The notes beneath the pieces are model-generated. The model was not told the origin of the DNA, did no database searches, and saw only the letters and a list, made by a program, of their open reading frames with translations. Source: Antedon mediterranea (Eukaryota > Animalia > Echinodermata). Taken from it: a stretch of 64,000 bases of DNA. This document shows positions 27,888-40,916 of the stretch, in pieces. Location: the NCBI RefSeq assembly GCF_964355755.1, contig NC_092677.1, positions 4,176,101 through 4,240,100 on the forward strand. Reading direction: 5' to 3'. Position 1 is the first letter of the stretch. Each line of letters opens with the position of its first letter. Position numbers and translations under genes: made by a program.

Positions 27888-30800
27888 TTACATATTCCTA
27901 ACTCGCTCCTCTAAAGCATTCAACTGGTTAGCAATCTCTTCTGGTAAGTCCCTATTTACTTGTTCATCAAAATATGTACGGATTGATTGTACTTCCTTTT
28001 CCCAGAATTCCTTTGGCAAATCGAAGATTGCATCCATATCTACTGGCTCGAGATTGTCCGTATTTATACTGCCCTTCGTTGGCACAAGACCGATCGGGGT
28101 TTTCTTGGAATTGTCTTCTCCGTCAACTCTACGGCAGATCCAATCGAGCACTCGTGAGTTTTCACCGAATCCAGGCCAGAGGAATTTTCCTTCTGAACTC
28201 TTGCGGAACCAGTTGACGTGGAATATTTTTGGTAATTTTGCGCCCTGATGGTTTTCCATACTCAGCCAGTGGCCCAAATAATCACCAAAATTATAACCAA
28301 AGAATGGTCTCATTGCAAATGGATCATGCATTATTACTTTACCTAGAAAAATAAAAAACCAAATAATTTTTTTATTTACTTATTAAATATACATGTTATA
28401 TTAAATAATTTGTTAAAAAAATTCTACAATAAATAAGGTAAAAAATAGCAATCTTTTGATACGCCACTAAAATAAGCAGCTATTGAGTCAGTCTAACAGT
28501 CGTTCGGTGCATGCTCATATGTTTCTGAGCGTTCACAATGACCTTTGTACTCAATAGCTACATATACAGGAACAGCAATAGATAGAATCATCAAAAAACA
28601 GATTACAATATTTCTAAAAACATAAACAATAATGTAAAAATCAATTAAACATTTCAGAAAAAATGTTTTTACTTAAAAAAAATATCTTTTTTAAGAAGAA
28701 GTAGACCATATTATATAACGCCTAAATAAATTCCTGTCATTTGATTGGACGATTGTTGGTCACATGGCGTGCAATAGTACCATACTTACCAACATGTTCA
28801 GCTGCAGCAGTTGATTCTGATCTCATTGCAGCTCCTACAAATACTCCATGTTTCCAATCAAAAGATTCGTATACTAGGGGAACACCTGAAAGACAATTGT
28901 ACATATTATAGTCGGTTTATATAAAAAAAAAAAACACTAATATACATAGTGTTGTGAAACAATGTTTCAGTTATAAAGCGCCTATGTATTTTAATATGAT
29001 TCCTAAAATCATTCGACAATCTGAAAATGTTATTTCCTTTAAACGTGAACTTAAACAATTTATTTCCAGTTAATATTGTTCGTACTATGTATATATATAT
29101 ATATATATATTTTTTGTTTTTTTCTGTCAACGATTTTAACTTTTATATGAATTTTATATAATCATTGTAAATTTTTAAGCCTTTAATATATTTCATGTCA
29201 TTTTAATATTTAATATTTTATGTGTTGTACTGTATGTTTGTTTTATCGAGGGCCCTGAATGATCAGTTCTATTAGGAACTGGATAGGCTACCCTCAGTAA
29301 ATATGGTAATAAATAAATAAATAAATTTTAATCTATGTACTAATTGTTATTGTCTTTCCAATAGGATGAAATGACCTTCCTAATTTCGAACCCTCCCAAT
29401 TACTTGAAAGGAATACTTTATCAATTGATAACATTTACACAAATCAAGGCAATTTAACAACAGGATGTTGAGATCTGGAGATCAAAGGGTTTATCTGTGG
29501 CTGCGACATGATCAGTTCAACACCCCTGCGCGCCGTGAAAAATATGTATATAGTACTGTAGTGTTAATATTTGTCGCAGCCAGACATAAGATCAAAGGGC
29601 TGTTCTTGTTCCTATTTTGGCAAGGCAAGCTCAGTAGGGTCCTGTTGTGAGATTTCACACTCTTTCCAACCTTACCTTCTGGTCTACGCCCACCAAACAC
29701 AATAGCGTCAATTGGCACTCCTTCAGAGCTCTCCCAGGCTGGGTCCATGGTAGGACATTGGCTGGCTGGGGTGCAGAATCTAGAGTTAGGGTGAGCTGCA
29801 AGGATCTTCTTGCCTGTGTCTGTTAACATGTCCTTATGCCAGTTCTTGTGGTCTAGCCAAGATGTGTATGTAAGGCCCTAAAAAATAATAATTATAAACG
29901 TAATGACCTAAAAGAATAGTTAAAATAATAATTTTTCTTATAAATCTCTATCGTTACATGTAGTGATTGATAAGGTTTTATGAAAGAAGTTATAGTAAAA
30001 AAAAAGTATTATACCCTCTGAAGATCTGTCTACACTATCAAACTAATTTGCAAAAAAAATGTGATGTGCCCATATACAGACATGACGATGTCATATCACT
30101 ACCATATTTGGGCATATCACTACCATATTTGGGCATACTGTATCACTACCATATTTGGGCACATCACACTTTTTTTGGCAAAATTAGTTTGATAATGTAG
30201 ACAGAGCTTTTTGGTATGTTTATATAGCTGGAACTGGTTGCTCCAGACAAATAATTATTTATAGTAAATTTGGCAAAGTAGGAAAATATCTTACACTTGG
30301 TGTTTCATCCTCTAATCCTTCCCACCAGAACCCTCCCTCGGAGGTCTCTGCTACGTTTGTGAAGATTGTGTTTTTCTGAATCGTCAGCATTGCGTTTGGA
30401 TTTGTCTTCATCGACGTTCCTGGAGCAACTCCAAAGAATCCAGCCTCTGGGTTGATAGCACGGAGCTTTCCTTCGCTGTCGAACTTCATCCAAGCGATGT
30501 CATCACCAACGCACTCCACCTTCCAGCCAGGAAGGGTTGGGTTCATCATGGCTAAGTTGGTCTTTCCGCAAGCACTTGGGAAAGCCGCTGCAATGTACTT
30601 CTTCTGCCCTTCAGGATTTGTGATGCCTAAAATCTATATTTAATCAAAAAGTAAAACAATGTCATGTTTTGGTTTTTTTGTCCTCAAGAATGCATATTTA
30701 ATTAATTTAATTTATAAATTGGCTAATACTTAAATTCAATCAAAACAGTAATAGTGTCAAGGTTTTTTTGGTTTTTCCTAAGAAATGTCATAATATAAAT

Positions 30801-33800
30801 TCATAATTGTGTTACTTTTGTGTATCTAATTTGCCCTTGAGGTTGATATACTCAAATCTGTACTATATTATTTATATTTTATTTTTTTTGTTTTGAGGTC
30901 GAGCCTATTCACCACAAGCTTTGATTTCTTTTAGGCTCCTCAACTTTATATTTATATATTTGGAGTGAAATAAATGAAATGAAATGTATTTCAATATGAT
31001 TAAATTATTGGTTTGTAATGGTTTTAATTATTTCATTAAAAAAAAAACAATTTGACTATGAGTGTTAAGTGTAGTCTGTATTCAATTATTAATATGATGA
31101 ATGGATAAATAAGATGCTATTATGTTTTCTAATGGTTTCAATTATTTAATTAAATTTAACAACCATTCTTACCAACATATGTTCGGCTAACCATCCCTCG
31201 TCTTTTGCGATGCGTGACGCAATTCTCAACGCAAAGCACTTCTTGCCGAGTAAAGAATTTCCACCGTATCCGCTACCGAATGAGCAGATTTCCCTTTGGT
31301 CAGGAATGTGAGCGATTAGGGTCTTTGCGGGATTACACGGCCAGTTGTTTACAGGTGGTTCTAAAATAAACAAGTTAAATTAGTTACATTGTATATTTTA
31401 TTAGAATATTACAACAATAGTTTATTTTAAAAAACAGCTTGTATTGTCCATACAGTATACTGTAGTATACACCTGTCTCACCATACATTTTAGATAATGA
31501 AGATTACTGTATAAAACTTTCAAGATAAGAAGAAAAATGTTTCAAAATACTTACTCTCCATTGGAAGAGGTTGTCCCACCGAATGTAAACATTTGACAAA
31601 TTCTCCGTCTCCTAGCGTATCAAGAACTTTACCTCCCATTCGAGTCATAACCCTCATGCTAGCTACAACATAGGGGGAGTCGGTAACCTGGATGCCGATC
31701 TTGGACAGTGGAGACCCGACTGGTCCCATACTGAATGGAATAACGTACATCTTTCTTCCTGGAATAGGTTATAATTTATAATTACAATTGTTTATATCAA
31801 TGGGTTTTTTTTATATAGTGGATTTACAATTGTAACAATCTTTCAAACACAAACTCTATTAACGGGCACATCTTTGGGACCAAAAAGGTGTCTCCTTACT
31901 ACTACTAAGGTTCAGAGAATATGTACATGGTACAGTACTGTTAGTATTTGTTGCAGCCAGACATAAGATCAAAGGACTGTTACGAGTTCCTATCTTGGCA
32001 TGGCGAGCTCATGGTCCTGTATATTGCCTTGGTCCAATGATTCATAATCAGGACTGTATTTGGTCGAATTAATGTTTGTGTACAATCTCGAAGAAATGGA
32101 AAGTTTGCTGTTGCTAATATACAGTACAGTAAGTATAAATACTCTAAATACAGACAGGTTGCTTAGTAGGTCTACTGTATTGTCATCTACGATTTTCAAC
32201 TTAAAATTGAAATTGACAATTTAATAAACTACGGTTGTACCTTTCATACATGCTGGAAAGCGTTCCCTGAAGTCTTGCTGGAGCTCGTTTTGAGATCTCC
32301 ATTGACCCAGAGTTCCTTTAACATCCTCCTTCACAATTGGAATGGTGTCTCGTTTGTTTGGTGTGCATATTACGGTCTTGCTCTCCACTCTGGCTACGTC
32401 CTTTGGGTCAGTCTTTGCAAGCCAGCTAAAAGTTAATAACATTTGCACAATATAATAATATGTTTAAGATTTGTTAAGTGCACATATCCACTAAAGTGCT
32501 CAAGGCGCTGTGGACTAAATGTTACACTTTCAATAACATGCTTCTCCCCTAAGGGTCTTGTCATGTCCTGCAGCCACTTACGGCGCTTACTCTTCTGTCC
32601 ACGACACAGTGGCTGAGTGTAAACTAGTACATAGTTTACTGCAGTGATCGCCTAGTTACTGCAGTAATTGCAGGAGAATAATTTGAATCATGAAGCTCCT
32701 AAGCTGTACACAAGATTTAAAATTGATATGGTTATCCGTTTAGTTGGTAAAAATTTAAATATTGATATTGTGTGTCACACAATAAAAAGGTCTGTTCAGA
32801 CAGCTATAAAAACCATTAAAAATATGATTATTTAACAATATGTTTAACATCTGGTGGTAATGTTAAGTAAATACAGTACACCAATGTGGTTCATATAACA
32901 ATGATGCATCATAATGCTGTACAATATCTTAAACATTGTAGAGTTACTAAGAAATGTACTGTGTACAGCATATTAACATCAATATCTAAAGGAAAAATAC
33001 TGAAAAAATGTAAATGTTGTGGGTACATTCAGTGGCTGGATTTCAATGGAATTCTAATAAAAATTTAAAGATAATATAAGCAAAATCAAAACGATATTAA
33101 AACGGTAATAAATACATACAGTACAGGCAGTAAGAAATTGCAAAGCTTTCGAAAAGCTTCCTAACTTACTGTAATATATACAGTACATAAGTCTTTTTTT
33201 CTAAAGTGATTCAATGTGTGCCAAATGTATTTCTTTTACAAATATTAATCCAAATCTCTATTTACACATGACTTAAATTGTTCAGAAAACAAATCAATAG
33301 GATGGTACAGATTGGTATTTCACAATATAAAAAATTAATGTTCATGACTTGCAGATGTAACTGGAAATTAGAAAATGATTTGCATAACAAAGGCGATCCG
33401 ATGACTACAGTACAACAATACCTGTTTGTTTTATCTCTAGATAGAATTCTACACTTTATAAAAATACTCAAATGGCAAAAACCACAACACAATGCAATTT
33501 AAGTGATGACCATTCTTTAGTACTTAGTAGTAATAATAGATTGTCATGTGACAATGTGGTTTTCACTTCCTTTCATTATCTAACCTTTCAATATTAACCT
33601 ATACTATATTTAAATCTTTTTCTATAATTCCTCTTTAGGGACCATTCAAAAAGTTTTCCTGACAATTTCAATAAAATAAATTAATAAACATGAATAATTA
33701 AGGATTTCAATATTTTAAAAAGATGATTATTTTTTGTTATGTTATTAATAATACTGATTATAGTACTGTACTCTTTGTATTCAAGATAAATTTAACCAAT

Positions 33801-36344
33801 TAAATTTAGACGGAGTCAAATCACAGCAAAAAAACCAAAAAACTTAACTATACTGTATTGTATAAAATCGGCATTTAAATATTATCAGTTATCAAGTTGC
33901 TGGTAGTATATAAGTGTCATTTTATAAAATAATGTGTTTGTACTGTCTAAGTAGTAATACATATCTTTTCTTTTGCTCATCTTTAGAATGATCTGCAACA
34001 TAAAGAAGTGATGACCAATTGGTATTAAAAAAATGTTTTACAAATTATTTTGATACTTTTTGGTTAATATTGACTCGGTTTTTTTAAAAAGAATAGTTTG
34101 TTAGACGCCTTTTGAGCAATGTGCTGGTGAACAGAGTGGAAAAGGAGAGAATGTGATTGGGATGGAAATACTATAGAGAATGAAGACAAGATTGTGACCA
34201 AAGACTGGGTTCACTTGAGAAAAAATGTGCAGCCTTGCGGGCAAAAGAGGATAGGTACACTGTATGTACGAAATGCTAAACGTCACCTATCTTTTGTAGG
34301 GGACCTAGACCGACAGTACATAAATGCTTTGTACTTTAAACAGAGACACTTGACTTTAAAAACTGTCACCCCTGTAAAGCTCTGTCTACACTACCAAACT
34401 ATCATGGACATGATGATGTCATATAACTACCTTACCATATTTGGGCATATCACTACCATATTTGGGCATATCACTACCATATTTGGGCATATCACTACCA
34501 TATTTGGGCATAGCACTACCATATTTGGGCATATCACTACCATATTTGGGCATATCACTACCATATTTGGGCATATCACTACCATATTTGGGCATATTAC
34601 TACCATATTTGGGCATATCACTACCATATTTGGGCATATCACTACCATATTTGGGCATATCACTACCATATTTGGGCATATCACTACCATATTTGTCAAA
34701 CTACTGTAGTGTACGCTACAGTACTTGGCAACTATTCAATTATTAGAATTTATTTAATGTATGTAGTTTGACTGTAAAAACAATGTCCCGGTTTTAATCC
34801 ATACAATTGAAATATTTTACGGACCTTGGACTGGTTGTTTTATCAAGATTACTTCACACATTTTCTGATAACCTGTCGCAGAATTCTTACTAAGTAAATT
34901 TTACCTGGACTAAACAAACAAAACAGTTCAGTAGTTATGCTTTATGAAATAGGTGGGTGGGCCGGCTACACACTCTCAATAACAGGGCAAGGGATTAGTT
35001 ATATTTATTGTACAAGTGTACAGTCAACTCTCACAATACAGGATTCACTGGACACCAGAAACTCTCTTTTAACTAAACTTTTTGGCCTCCAAAATCTGTT
35101 TCACAATAAAAACAGCCTAATTGTGTTCGGTATTGGGAGTGTTAGAACTACCTACTTATGAATCACTGGTCATTACTTGAAACAATGGAGTGATTCAACA
35201 AAACTAAAAAGTATTTAAAAGTGAAAGACAAAGGAGGAACACATTGTCACAATTATGTTAATCTCTGTCTACAATATCAACCTTTATGTAACAAAAAACA
35301 TGATGATGTCATATCACTACCACATTTGGGCACATCAAATTTTTTTTTTTTCAAATTAGTTTGATAGTGTAGATAGAGCTTTACAAGAAGGTATCATGTA
35401 GGCCTTCTGAATGTGATGTGCCCATATATAGACATGGTGATGTCATCACTACCATATTTTGGCACATCACGTTTTTTAGTCAAACTAGTTTGAGTGTAGA
35501 CAGAGCTTTACTGTACTGTAGGAGTGATTAAGAAACTTCAGACAATAAAGGTAGTATGAATATAATATTGCAAAATTAATAACAACACTAAATTACCAAT
35601 TCTCATATTTTGTTAGTCTTTTTATCATGCCTTCTTCTTCCATAAGCTTTAGAAGTTGTTGTTCCTCTTCTTCTGATCCGTCACATATATAAATACTGTC
35701 CGGTTTGCAGAGCTCTGCTTTTTCCAACACATACTCTTTGACGTGAGGTCGTAAGTCATTCACTGTCATCGACGACATGGCTGGATGTGTTGTTACTGTA
35801 AAACGTCTCAACTTTTGAAAACTGTTAAATGATTTGACCACAGAGGTACTTCTCCTAAAAAAAATAAAATTAATACAGTATATAATTGATTATGATTGCT
35901 TATAATAATTTAAAAAAAGTACGTCTGACAGTAGTCCAGACAATTCTTGGCTTATACTAAGACATGCTATTAGTTTGTTTAAAACAACTACAGATTAGAC
36001 CCAGGTAAATATTTTTTTGAAAAAGTAGATTTTCGATTAATTCTGACATTCAACATTAGTCATTACTGTTGTTGGAAATCTAAGAGCACATATTATTAGG
36101 ACTGTATTTCGAAGGCGTATATTTAAACCAACCAAACTGCTATAAATTACTAATATGAATGCGCTCTTTCAAACTGACACGTACGCCTAGGCTAGCCCCT
36201 CCTCCTACACAAACACAACAGGCATTGTTTAGTGTCCAGCAACAACCGGTTGGTTGGACGGTCCCTTCTTTTGAAGAGGCCTAGCTTCAAGATTATTTTT
36301 AACACTTTCACTTACCGTAACAGCTGAAATGTTAATAGTGTCAT
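27888..36344 (-). CDS. PCK2: Phosphoenolpyruvate carboxykinase [GTP], mitochondrial-type precursor, 651 aa, 9 exons
   Basis: Exons 36344-36316, 35854-35597, 32425-32241, 31758-31555, 31360-31173, 30633-30295, 29877-29676, 28885-28790, 28342-27888. GT-AG introns, phases consistent (1956 nt). Contains [60 protein letters not shown] and [10 protein letters not shown]. The N-terminal 35 aa are Arg/Ser/Thr-rich with no acidic residue. Likely co-orthologous to vertebrate PCK1/PCK2. Confidence 0.96.
28950..29325 (+). mobile_element. 5'-truncated CR1/L2-group LINE 3' end in a PEPCK intron
   Basis: 28957-29073 reads [38 protein letters not shown], the typical ORF2 C-terminus pattern, followed by a 3' UTR and (TAAA)n tail. 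Related tails in reverse orientation at about 11810-11870 and 51590-51930. Confidence 0.7.
30022..30208. mobile_element. MITE family A copy (PEPCK intron)
   Basis: Both TIRs and three internal 21-bp units, one interrupted by CTGTA. Confidence 0.85.
34378..34714. mobile_element. MITE family A copy with the internal 21-bp unit expanded to a 12-copy minisatellite (34433-34694)
   Basis: Left TIR, then (TACCATATTTGGGCATATCAC)x12, then a degenerate right TIR. Confidence 0.9.
35261..35507. mobile_element. Two adjacent MITE family A copies (35261-35380; truncated 35410-35507)
   Basis: TIR and internal motif matches. Confidence 0.8.
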
Positions 36345-37560
36345 TTTGAAGCACACTTTTATATACTATTTTAGATCAAATAAATAAGGATTCTATTGCT
36401 AAAAATATACAAAAACTGTCAATTCACTAAGTGACCACAGCATCAAACGGCGCGATCAGCTGGATTGAAGATGACCTAATGCAAAGCCGGCCGGGAGATC
36501 AATCTGCGCAGACTCAAATGTCAATTCACACATAGGAAAATTCCACTCATTTGTGCTAAAAGCAACAAAATATACCAAAAAGGCAAAATTTGCTATTAAC
36601 AACTTATTTCTGATCGGTATATTATTATTATTGATTTATTTTTATGTTTTAATTAATTATTAAATTCAAATTTGATAATTTTATGAATATTAATTTCGGT
36701 TAATTAAAGTAGATCGCCACTAAGTACAGTCTTGTTATCACCCGCGTACTAATATTAAGTATATGTGGAGGTGTGTAATAATTACAGATTTTGATTGGTT
36801 AAATAAGTGGTGTGTGTCGCCGGTGTGGCCATTGCATCATTGTTTTTGACAACAGCTGATCGATGTGGTAAAACGTATAGTAGCCACGAATTATTTTATG
36901 ATTAATACGCAATCAAAACAAATATTCCTCCTATGAAAGCTTTATATTAAATCTACTACATTAACGTATATAAAAAACCACGATATAAAGATAAATGATG
37001 TATTTTAGTCCTAGCCCACTGTTAAGAAAAAAAAAATTAGGATCGCGTTTTCTTTCTGTTTCAGGTAGGTGGGTGTTTGTAAATAACTAAGCTATGCCTA
37101 CTGAGTAGTATTCGGACACTGATGTATACTAAATACAATATTTATGGAAAAACTCCACAGTTCTTTTCAGAATTAATATACGTGGTGACGGCAAACTTTA
37201 TATCAACATATCAATATATATTTATCATAATATCAAACTCATAGGCCTATCAAGATAACTTAGTTACTACATATTATCTACTATATCTTCGTGATTTATA
37301 TTATGTATAATAATGGATTTAACAAGAAAAAAAACCAATTGATTTATATTCGTAATCAATAAAGCATGATAGTTTTATTTATCTGTGCTTGTAATACTAG
37401 AAAATTCAACTTTAAAATGAATCACATCACTAATAGTTATCCTCGTCGACATTTTCGTCAGCTATTTAAATTATATTTTGTTATCTAACTGTTTCGTTAT
37501 CATTGCTATTATTGATAATGATCTACAATTAGAAAACCGGAATTAAAAACGTGTACTTAC

Positions 37561-37592
37561 CTTAGTGAGGATATGACGAGAACTACGGACAT
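37561..37592 (-). CDS. Putative alternative first exon (1b) of PEPCK: MSVVLVISSL(R)
   Basis: Perfect donor AAG|GTAAGT at 37561/37560. The ATG at 37592 gives 32 nt, phase 2, in frame with PEPCK exon 2. TATAA at 37637 and an Inr-like TCACTT (+1 about 37609) lie at canonical spacing. Confidence 0.6.
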
Positions 37593-37599
37593 TGATCAA

Positions 37600-38430
37600 C
37601 TTATCAAGTGACGACACGGATGACAGCGACAGTTATAATCGTAGGAACAAATAAATATAATACTTTAAGATTAAATTGCCTTGTGAGATGGTTTTAATAT
37701 TGTGACGTACAATATGAATGGCTTTGGTATGGAAAATAGTGGGCATGGCATATTTCTGCCGTTTCATTGGCTAATTCGGGGGTGTGTTCGGTGACATTTT
37801 GTGGAATAACTATTGTGAGTCAATAGTCCGTGACGACTGGCGTATGATGCAACCATCATTTTATTGTGTTTGGAAAATGACAAATTATTGTCCTTGTTTT
37901 AAAATGATTCTGCACTATTTACTGTATAATTTAAAAAAGCGTTTTCTTTACTAAAAAAAAACTTCGATTCACTATTATTAAGCATAAAAACCAAGGGAGG
38001 CATAAACCATGCGTCTACTGTGACTTTTAAGTTTATGACGATTTGTTTTCTTCAGTGAAATCTGAAAGGACATGTTAACCTCCACAGAAAATTAGTAGAC
38101 GACCTGGCCTATTAATTCTATGCCATTGAACGAGCGCGCGTCAAATCACGTGGGCCTCCTGAATATGGGGTTCTGAGATTAGCCTATTTATTTAAAAAAA
38201 GACGTCCTTTAAACATCAACTCAGTGTGAAAACCACTTTACGGATGAGTATTCTTACAATGCATTGATATAGGTACAGGTACAACGTATAAATATGCCAC
38301 GTCGGCAACCAACAATGACTTTGACGACATTTTACAATGACACGGCCTCGACTCCAAAGTTAAATCTACCGTACCTGAGACACCGTACTGTGTTGTGACG
38401 TGTGAGCAAGAACAATTACACTGACGTCAT
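37600..38430 (-). promoter_or_regulatory. TATA/Inr promoter with CCAAT and CRE elements upstream of PEPCK exon 1b
   Basis: TATAA at about -28, TGACGTAC at 37703, CCAAT (minus) near 37766-37770, TGACGTG at 38396, and a perfect TGACGTCA at 38422-38429. Confidence 0.5.
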
Positions 38431-39579
38431 AAATAATTCTTTACAAAACGGGCCGGGTAGGGGACCAAGGAGGGGGAGGGGTGGTGTGTGGGTTTGGGTG
38501 GAGCGGGTTGCTGCATGGTTCACGTTTCCTGCGATCCTGGTATTTATGTAACACGTACATAATCTATCTTATAATGTACAGGTAATCAAATGCAGTAGTG
38601 AAGTCGTATGGCCACAAATGATTTAATATTGAATGTTTGCTTCATTAAAAAAGCTGTATTATTAAAAACACTATTATTTCTTTGTTTATTATAAATATTA
38701 ACATTAATAATAAACATTTATTGTGGTAAATGATGGCAATATCGGCTACTTTCTTCTTTCTTTCTTTTATTTACCCAAAATAAATTATAAGCATGGTAAA
38801 CATATAAAACCAAATCATATCGTGGGAACAAAAATAGTAAAAACTAATCAAATTTAATATTTGGAAATCTTAGGCTTTAGTTAGTTATAGAAAATTTGAC
38901 AGGGTTGGTTTTTTTTTCCAAGGTAGAAATACGAAACGACCCGCGAATATTAATGGAACTTAACCCTCTAAACTCTCTCAATTATTAAAAAAAATAAGAA
39001 GCTATGTAACTAATGTATTGGTCAAATAAGGATTTTGTACCATTTGACTAGTGGGTCACAAGAGGCAAATTAGCCTATGTAATTTTTATACCCACACACA
39101 ATAAGTTTCAAGTTTCAATGAAATGTTTTGGTAAACACAAAATGCATCGATTATCATGATCGACAGAGCAGCCATATATATGGCTCTGGTTATCGAAACG
39201 TCATAGCTCCCTCTATAGTTGATAACTAATTATGCAAATTTCGATGTAGCTAGCAAAAAAAAATTATTATTAAAAAAATTATTTTAAAGTTATTTTACGT
39301 AAAAAATACAACAGGATACACTAAACAGTACCTTTTATTTACGTGGATTATTAATCTTGATAACATTGAAATTATGTAATATGTTGTATTACGGAATTTC
39401 CAATGACACTGGAAATTCTAGATACACGACAGCAGCCGACATGTTGACAACAGATACTTAAAACAATTAAAACTTGTATTAATACATGTAGTGCAACACT
39501 TAATATTGATAATTAATGTGCAAGTTTAAATAAATATAAATATCAATATTAATGTTAGTGCAATAATTAAATTAAATAA

Positions 39580-39955
39580 AATTAATTAAAAATTTGCTTT
39601 AAATTAAAATTCTATCCCATAGTTGGCTTATACTTAAAAATTAATTAAACAATTTTCTTTAAAATAAAATTCTATCCCATAGTTGGCTTATATTTAAAAA
39701 TTAATTAAAAATTTTCTTTAAATTAAAATTCTATCCCATAGTTGGCTTATACTTAAAAATTAATTAAACAATTTTCTTTAAATTAAAATGCTATCCCATA
39801 GTTGGCTTATATTTAAAAATTAATTAAACATTTTCTTTAGCCTAAATTAAAATGCTATCCCATAGTTGGCTTATATTTAAAAATTAATTAAAAATTTTCT
39901 TTAAAGTAAAATTCTATCCCATAATTGGCTTATATTTAAAAATCAATTAAAAATT
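39580..39955. repeat. AT-rich tandem repeat, about 59-60 bp unit, 6 copies
   Basis: Core CTATCCCATAGTTGGCTTATA recurs every 59-64 bp. Confidence 0.92.
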
Positions 39956-40916
39956 GATTTTAATTTATTTCTTGATTATTTAAGAGGCCAATATGACGTC
40001 ATGTGGCGATACGAAATTTTCTCAAAATTGTCATAATATAGCTTTCTTTCTTTTATTTCGAATTTGTTTTTTGATCTGGAAGTTCATCATATTCCCACTG
40101 TGCTTTCCTATCTTTTGTTTAACTGTTTGTTGAAAGGAAATTGTACAGTAGCAGTATAATGTATTGTTATTCAGTGACATTTATCAAATTTGTATTTTAA
40201 TTACTTATTAATATATTTTATTAATCCTCCGTATTTATTGATGATCTTTTATTTATTTCTATTGTTTGTAAATTACACAAACGAAGTCATTATTTGGTCT
40301 CACGCCAAAAATTAATTATTTAAATTTATAATTAAATTAGAGGTGTTATATATTTATATATACACATTTATTCACGAGACTGGTGTATACAGCACAACTG
40401 TTGTTTTTACACAAGTTCGTGATGATATATGTAAAACTAATCGTTGGAAACGCTCTACCATCCCATAACATTATTGATAGAATGAATGAAGCTTCTCAAA
40501 CTAAAACTTTGTAGGTTTGCAACATTAATAATAATGAACGAAGTAATGAATACCACATGCCTTGGTTTATGACTGAATCTGGGTCTTTTGGCATTTTAAT
40601 AATTTTAACAACTTTTATAGCTATTTTTAATAACTAATTTTAACTAATTTAATAGTTAATAATTCATTCATAATAACATTTATTTCTTATCTTTCAAAGT
40701 AAACGAAATAACAATTTAAATATAAATAATTCAGAGGCAAAACCCAGAAAGTAATAAAATTTGGAAAAAATAGTGATAATTAATAAAACACTATATAAAT
40801 ACAAAAAAAAGAAAGAAACATTTTAAAAGAAAATTACAGCAAAATCCCTTCCGCTATTTAGTACCACCGGTATAAATAAAAACAAGTTAAAGACAAATAA
40901 AAAATCTTTTAAACGC

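Noticed and set aside
27871-28248. Plus-strand ORFs overlapping the last PEPCK exon
   Set aside because: Antisense to a conserved coding exon with no independent support.
34194-34746. ORFs with TIFGHIT, MPKYGSD and LGISLPY repeats
   Set aside because: Translations of the 21-bp MITE-internal array inside a PEPCK intron; open in many frames because the unit lacks stops.
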